Shown here piece by piece: positions 60,130 through 64,000 of a DNA stretch of 64,000 nucleotides (position 1 is the first letter of the stretch; the number at the start of each line of letters is the position of its first letter). Below the pieces are notes generated by a model. It worked only from the letters and a program-made list of their open reading frames with translations, was not told the DNA's origin and did no database searches. This stretch comes from Sulfurimonadaceae bacterium (lineage in GTDB: Bacteria > Campylobacterota > Campylobacteria > Campylobacterales > Sulfurimonadaceae), in the NCBI GenBank assembly GCA_942493175.1, contig OW818672.1, positions 1,603,541 through 1,667,540 on the forward strand. Direction: 5' to 3'. The position numbers were made by a program, and so were the translations under genes.

Positions 60130-60159
60130 TGAAATAAAATCAAATTAAGGAATTAAAAA

Positions 60160-62046
60160 ATGAGCAAAGTAATCGGTATAGATTTAGGAACAACAAATTC
60201 ATGTGTTGCGGTTTATGAGGGCGGTGAGGCAAAAATCATCCCAAACAAAGAGGGTAAAAATACAACTCCTTCAATAGTTGCTTTTACGGATAAAGGTGAA
60301 GTTTTAGTAGGCGACCCTGCAAAACGACAAGCAATCACAAATCCGCATAAGACTATCTCTTCAATCAAGAGAATTATGGGTCTTATGATGAATGAAGAGA
60401 ATGCAAAAGCTGCTCACGATAAAGTAACTTATAACATAGTTAACAAAGACGGTATGGCAGCAGTTGATGTTGCGGGTAAAATATATACTCCGCAAGAGAT
60501 TTCGGCTAAGATTTTAAGCAAACTAAAAGAGGATGCTGAGGCATATTTAGGCTCAACCGTAACTGACGCAGTTATTACGGTTCCTGCATACTTCAACGAT
60601 GCACAAAGAAAAGCAACAAAAGATGCGGGGACAATCGCAGGACTTAATGTTCTTCGTATCATCAACGAGCCGACTGCTTCAGCACTTGCTTATGGACTAG
60701 ACAGCAAAAATGATGAAAATGTACTTGTTTACGACCTAGGCGGCGGAACATTTGATGTTACTGTTTTAGAGATTAGCGAGGGTACTTTTGAAGTTTTATC
60801 AACTGACGGAAATGCATTTTTAGGCGGAGATGACTTTGACAATAAGATTGTTGATTACCTAAACAGTGAGTTCAAAAATACACACGGTATTGATCTTAAA
60901 AATGACAAAATGGCTCTTCAAAGACTTAAAGATGCAGCTGAAAATGCTAAAAAAGAGCTTTCAAGCTCTACTGAAACAGAGATTAACTTGCCGTTTATCA
61001 CTATGACGGAAGCTGGACCTCAACACCTTGTTATCAAGCTTACTCGTGCTAAGTTTGAGGGTATGATTGAGACTCTTATAAAAGAGACTATCGACCACAT
61101 CAAAACTGCTATGAAAGAGTCTGGGCTTGACAACAACGCTATTAAAGAGATTATCATGGTCGGTGGTTCGATTCGTGTTCCTCTTGCTCAAAAAATGGTC
61201 TCCGACTACTTCGGCGGTAAAACTCTAAACAAAAGCGTAAACCCTGACGAAGTTGTTGCAGCGGGTGCAGCAATTCAAGGCGGTGTTTTAAGAGGAGATG
61301 TCAAAGATGTTCTTCTACTTGATGTTACTCCGCTTTCACTAGGAATTGAGACTTTAGGCGGTGTTGCTACTAAGATAATCGAAAAAGGGACAACAATCCC
61401 TGTTAAAAAATCTCAAATCTTCTCAACAGCAGAAGATAACCAGCCGGCTGTTAGCATCTCAGTTGTTCAAGGTGAGAGAGAGTTTGCAAAAGATAACAAA
61501 TCTCTAGGTCTTTTTGAATTGGGAAATATCGCAGCAGCTCCAAGAGGCGTGCCACAAATTGAAGTTACATTTGACATAGACGCAAACGGTATTTTAACTG
61601 TTAGCTCAACTGACAAAGGTACAGGCAAATCTCAGTCAATCACAATCAGCGGTTCTTCGGGACTAAGCGAAGATGAGATTAACAAAATGGTTAAAGATGC
61701 AGAACTTCACAAAGCTGAAGACTCAAAAAGAAAAGAGCTTGTTGAGCTTAAAAATCAAGCTGATGCACTAATTGCACAAACTGAAAAATCTTTAGGTGAA
61801 ATAGGTGATAAAATCAGCGCGGAAGAAAAAGCAAAAATTGAAGCTTCTATAACTGAGCTTAAAGAAGTTCTAAAAGACACAAATGCAACTAAAGAGCAGA
61901 TTGAAGCAAAAGTAAAAACTTTAACGGAAGCTAGTCATAAAATGGCTGAGCAGATGTATAAAAAAGAGCAAGATGGCGAAGCAGGAAGTGCTGATGCTTC
62001 AAAGAAAAAAAGCGACGATGATGTAATCGACGCTGAAATAGAGTAA
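60160..62046 (+). CDS. dnaK: Chaperone DnaK (Hsp70)
   Basis: [25 protein letters not shown] and the C-terminal lid. 628 aa. Confidence 0.98.
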   Translation: MSKVIGIDLGTTNSCVAVYEGGEAKIIPNKEGKNTTPSIVAFTDKGEVLVGDPAKRQAITNPHKTISSIKRIMGLMMNEENAKAAHDKVTYNIVNKDGMAAVDVAGKIYTPQEISAKILSKLKEDAEAYLGSTVTDAVITVPAYFNDAQRKATKDAGTIAGLNVLRIINEPTASALAYGLDSKNDENVLVYDLGGGTFDVTVLEISEGTFEVLSTDGNAFLGGDDFDNKIVDYLNSEFKNTHGIDLKNDKMALQRLKDAAENAKKELSSSTETEINLPFITMTEAGPQHLVIKLTRAKFEGMIETLIKETIDHIKTAMKESGLDNNAIKEIIMVGGSIRVPLAQKMVSDYFGGKTLNKSVNPDEVVAAGAAIQGGVLRGDVKDVLLLDVTPLSLGIETLGGVATKIIEKGTTIPVKKSQIFSTAEDNQPAVSISVVQGEREFAKDNKSLGLFELGNIAAAPRGVPQIEVTFDIDANGILTVSSTDKGTGKSQSITISGSSGLSEDEINKMVKDAELHKAEDSKRKELVELKNQADALIAQTEKSLGEIGDKISAEEKAKIEASITELKEVLKDTNATKEQIEAKVKTLTEASHKMAEQMYKKEQDGEAGSADASKKKSDDDVIDAEIE

Positions 62047-62054
62047 AAAAATCC

Positions 62055-62084
62055 ACTCTCACACAAAAATGTGTGGGAGTTTTA
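62055..62084 (+). terminator. Rho-independent terminator of dnaK
   Basis: 11-bp stem actctcacaca/tgtgtgggagt (one G-U), loop AAAA, followed by TTTATT. Confidence 0.8.
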
Positions 62085-62106
62085 TTAAAATATCCAAAGG
62101 AATCTT

Positions 62107-63132
62107 GTGTTTTACAAATACGCCATTTATGCCATTACTCTATCTCTACTGTTTTTTGGATGCAGCTCATCAAAACAAGATTTATTAAGCACTACTCTAA
62201 AGAGCAACATAAAGCCTATATCTACGAGCAAATATGTCAGTAAAAGCGGTTACTACTTTGTATTGGTTGAAAAAAATAACAATATTTGGAAAATAGTTGA
62301 TATAAAAGATACACCAATAGAAAATAGAGCAAAGAAAAATCAAGAGATTCTTAGAGTTAATGAAACATATAGTGAGATTCACCCATATTTTGAAAAAACA
62401 AATTTTAATTACAATCTCTCTAAATATACATGCAACAATCTTAACAGCATAGATAATTACACTCCATGTACAAGCGCTTTATCAACTATTTTGCCTGACA
62501 AAAACACTTTTAGCTTCCTAAATTTCAAGTCAGCTTCTCCTAAATATAAATTTATCGATGAAAAGTTAATCGATAAAGCCGTAAAAGAAACCAACCTTTT
62601 TAGCGCTATTGAGAGCAAAAAAAATGTTTTTGAATATGAAGAGAGTGAGCACTCATTTCGTCAAGCAAAGACAATCGAAGATTTTAATGCATTTATAGAA
62701 AAATACGCATACTTTAAAGATGCGCACCAGCTCATTACATTGGCTATACAAAACCGTGATTCCATGATAGAAAAGAAAAATATTGAAGAAGAGAAAAAGA
62801 GAAAAGAAGAGGAGCGATTAGCAAAAGCTAATGAGCAAAGAACTCAGATACGCGAGAAACAGCTAGAAAAAGAGACTTCAGAGTTAGAAAAGATGGAGCA
62901 TAGAGCTATGCAAAATTTTACAAAAAATATTGAAAAATTCAGAAAAACTCTAAAAAGCGGGGTTGAGACTAATTGTGGACAAATAATTGAAACCAAAGGT
63001 TCATCAGTTAAAGTTCATTTTAGCGTAAAAAATCACGGAGACGAACACTGGATAGACTCTGATAAAATATTTCCAAAAGGTCACGGCTGTCGTTTTGTAA
63101 ATGGCAACTATATCGCACCGGCTACTTTTTAA
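62107..63132 (+). CDS. Lipoprotein with central charged coiled coil, unknown function
   Basis: Lipobox LFFGC, an EEEKKRKEEERLAKANEQR... helix, and a small beta-rich C-terminus. GTG start with AAGGA upstream. Confidence 0.5.
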   Translation: MFYKYAIYAITLSLLFFGCSSSKQDLLSTTLKSNIKPISTSKYVSKSGYYFVLVEKNNNIWKIVDIKDTPIENRAKKNQEILRVNETYSEIHPYFEKTNFNYNLSKYTCNNLNSIDNYTPCTSALSTILPDKNTFSFLNFKSASPKYKFIDEKLIDKAVKETNLFSAIESKKNVFEYEESEHSFRQAKTIEDFNAFIEKYAYFKDAHQLITLAIQNRDSMIEKKNIEEEKKRKEEERLAKANEQRTQIREKQLEKETSELEKMEHRAMQNFTKNIEKFRKTLKSGVETNCGQIIETKGSSVKVHFSVKNHGDEHWIDSDKIFPKGHGCRFVNGNYIAPATF

Positions 63133-63137
63133 AAAAT

Positions 63138-64000
63138 CTATTTAATTTGTTGTTTAACGCAATTTTTTCCAGATTTTTTTGCCAGATATAGCGCTTCATC
63201 CGCTCTATTTATGGCACTCTTCAAATCGTCTTCTTTATCAATCTGACAAACTCCAAAGCTGGCACTGATTTTTTCAACGCCATTTATCTCTAGCTCTTCT
63301 ATTTGCTTTCTTAACTTTTCCGCCAATATAGTTGCGTTATTTACACATGCACTCGTAAGCAGTATAACAAACTCTTCACCGCCCCATCTACAAACAATAT
63401 CTATATTTCTTAAATTTTTTATCAGAGTTTGAGAAATTTGAACTATTACATCATCTCCGACATTGTGTCCATATGTATCATTGATTTTTTTAAAATTATC
63501 TATATCCACCATTATCAGCGACATTTTATGCTCACCTTCAATCATAGCTTCAAATGATGATTGATAAAACTCGGTAAATTTATAGCGATTGTAAAGTTTT
63601 GTTAATGGGTCTCTGGATGCTATCTCTTTGTATTTTATATTTTTCTTTACCAAAGCTGTATTAATCTCACTAAGCTCATGTTGATACTCTTTTGTTAAAA
63701 CAGCCCATCTGGAGTATGTTGTCGCAATTAACTCTTTTTGTGAAATCACTCCTGACATTTTTCCGTCATCATCAACAACTACAACCCTTTTATAATGTTT
63801 TTGTTTTAAAAAATCCAAAGCCTCTTTGACGGAGCAATTTTTATTTATAGTTTCAACAGGTGTTGACATATATGTGCTAATTGGCAAATTTAAATCTTCA
63901 TTTTTTTCAATAACTTTTATGACATCTTTAGTAGTAAATATACCTATCGGTTTAAAATCATCAATAACTATTACACTCTCAAATGAATTATTAGCCATTT
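63138..64000 (-). CDS. CBS-pair plus GGDEF diguanylate cyclase; the 5' end probably lies beyond the right window edge
   Basis: The first CBS repeat looks truncated at the apparent start. GGDEF domain with I-site RNID and GGEEF, plus KKSGKN. Confidence 0.85.
   Translation of the reverse strand, partial: MANNSFESVIVIDDFKPIGIFTTKDVIKVIEKNEDLNLPISTYMSTPVETINKNCSVKEALDFLKQKHYKRVVVVDDDGKMSGVISQKELIATTYSRWAVLTKEYQHELSEINTALVKKNIKYKEIASRDPLTKLYNRYKFTEFYQSSFEAMIEGEHKMSLIMVDIDNFKKINDTYGHNVGDDVIVQISQTLIKNLRNIDIVCRWGGEEFVILLTSACVNNATILAEKLRKQIEELEINGVEKISASFGVCQIDKEDDLKSAINRADEALYLAKKSGKNCVKQQIK

Noticed and set aside
59145-60159. CIRCE (HrcA operator) upstream of grpE or dnaK
   Set aside because: No match to TTAGCACTC-N9-GAGTGCTAA was found by eye in either spacer. 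Only HAIR-like repeats are present.
1-64000. CRISPR arrays, IS elements, integrases, restriction-modification, retron/CBASS/Thoeris-type defence genes
   Set aside because: I found no regularly spaced direct repeats and no transposase, recombinase, methyltransferase, reverse transcriptase, cyclase-effector or TIR/SIR2-like signatures in any of the listed translations.

Overview
AT-rich, gene-dense 64-kb window. It reads as core chromosome of a Campylobacterota (epsilonproteobacterial) organism, possibly Sulfurimonas-like. That taxon call is an inference from gene content and order, the tmRNA tag ANNTNYRPAYAVA, frequent GTG/TTG starts and AT-richness; I could not verify it. I call about 58 protein genes, two identical tandem tRNA-Phe(GAA) genes and one tmRNA. 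All product calls come from motifs read in the supplied translations; no database search was run. Housekeeping genes dominate: dnaX, ung, mfd, folC, leuS-lptE, yajC-secD-secF, lnt, ppk, argJ, rpmB, rpe-trpF, accA-fabF-acpP, fabG-phrB, gpmI, mraY-murD-purN, prs, lepA and grpE-dnaK. I saw no integrase, transposase, phage gene, CRISPR array, restriction-modification genes or classical toxin-antitoxin pair, so this is not a canonical defence or mobile island, and I cannot point to a clear-cut novel system. The candidates worth a second look are: (1) a translationally coupled PIN-PhoH (PhoH2-type) ATPase and SAMHD1-like HD phosphohydrolase, sitting at the end of a co-directional c-di-GMP two-component block; (2) an HDOD protein coupled to a STAS-STAS-CheX fusion; (3) a module of TonB-dependent-receptor-like outer membrane protein, YfiR-like protein and GGDEF-EAL protein; (4) a 266-nt GC-rich, multi-helix spacer with a terminator-like hairpin between grpE and dnaK, plus a consensus promoter with HAIR-like repeats and no hrcA; (5) several small GC-rich palindromic inserts and scrambled copies of the secF 3' end. 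c-di-GMP turnover genes are unusually dense, with five in the window.
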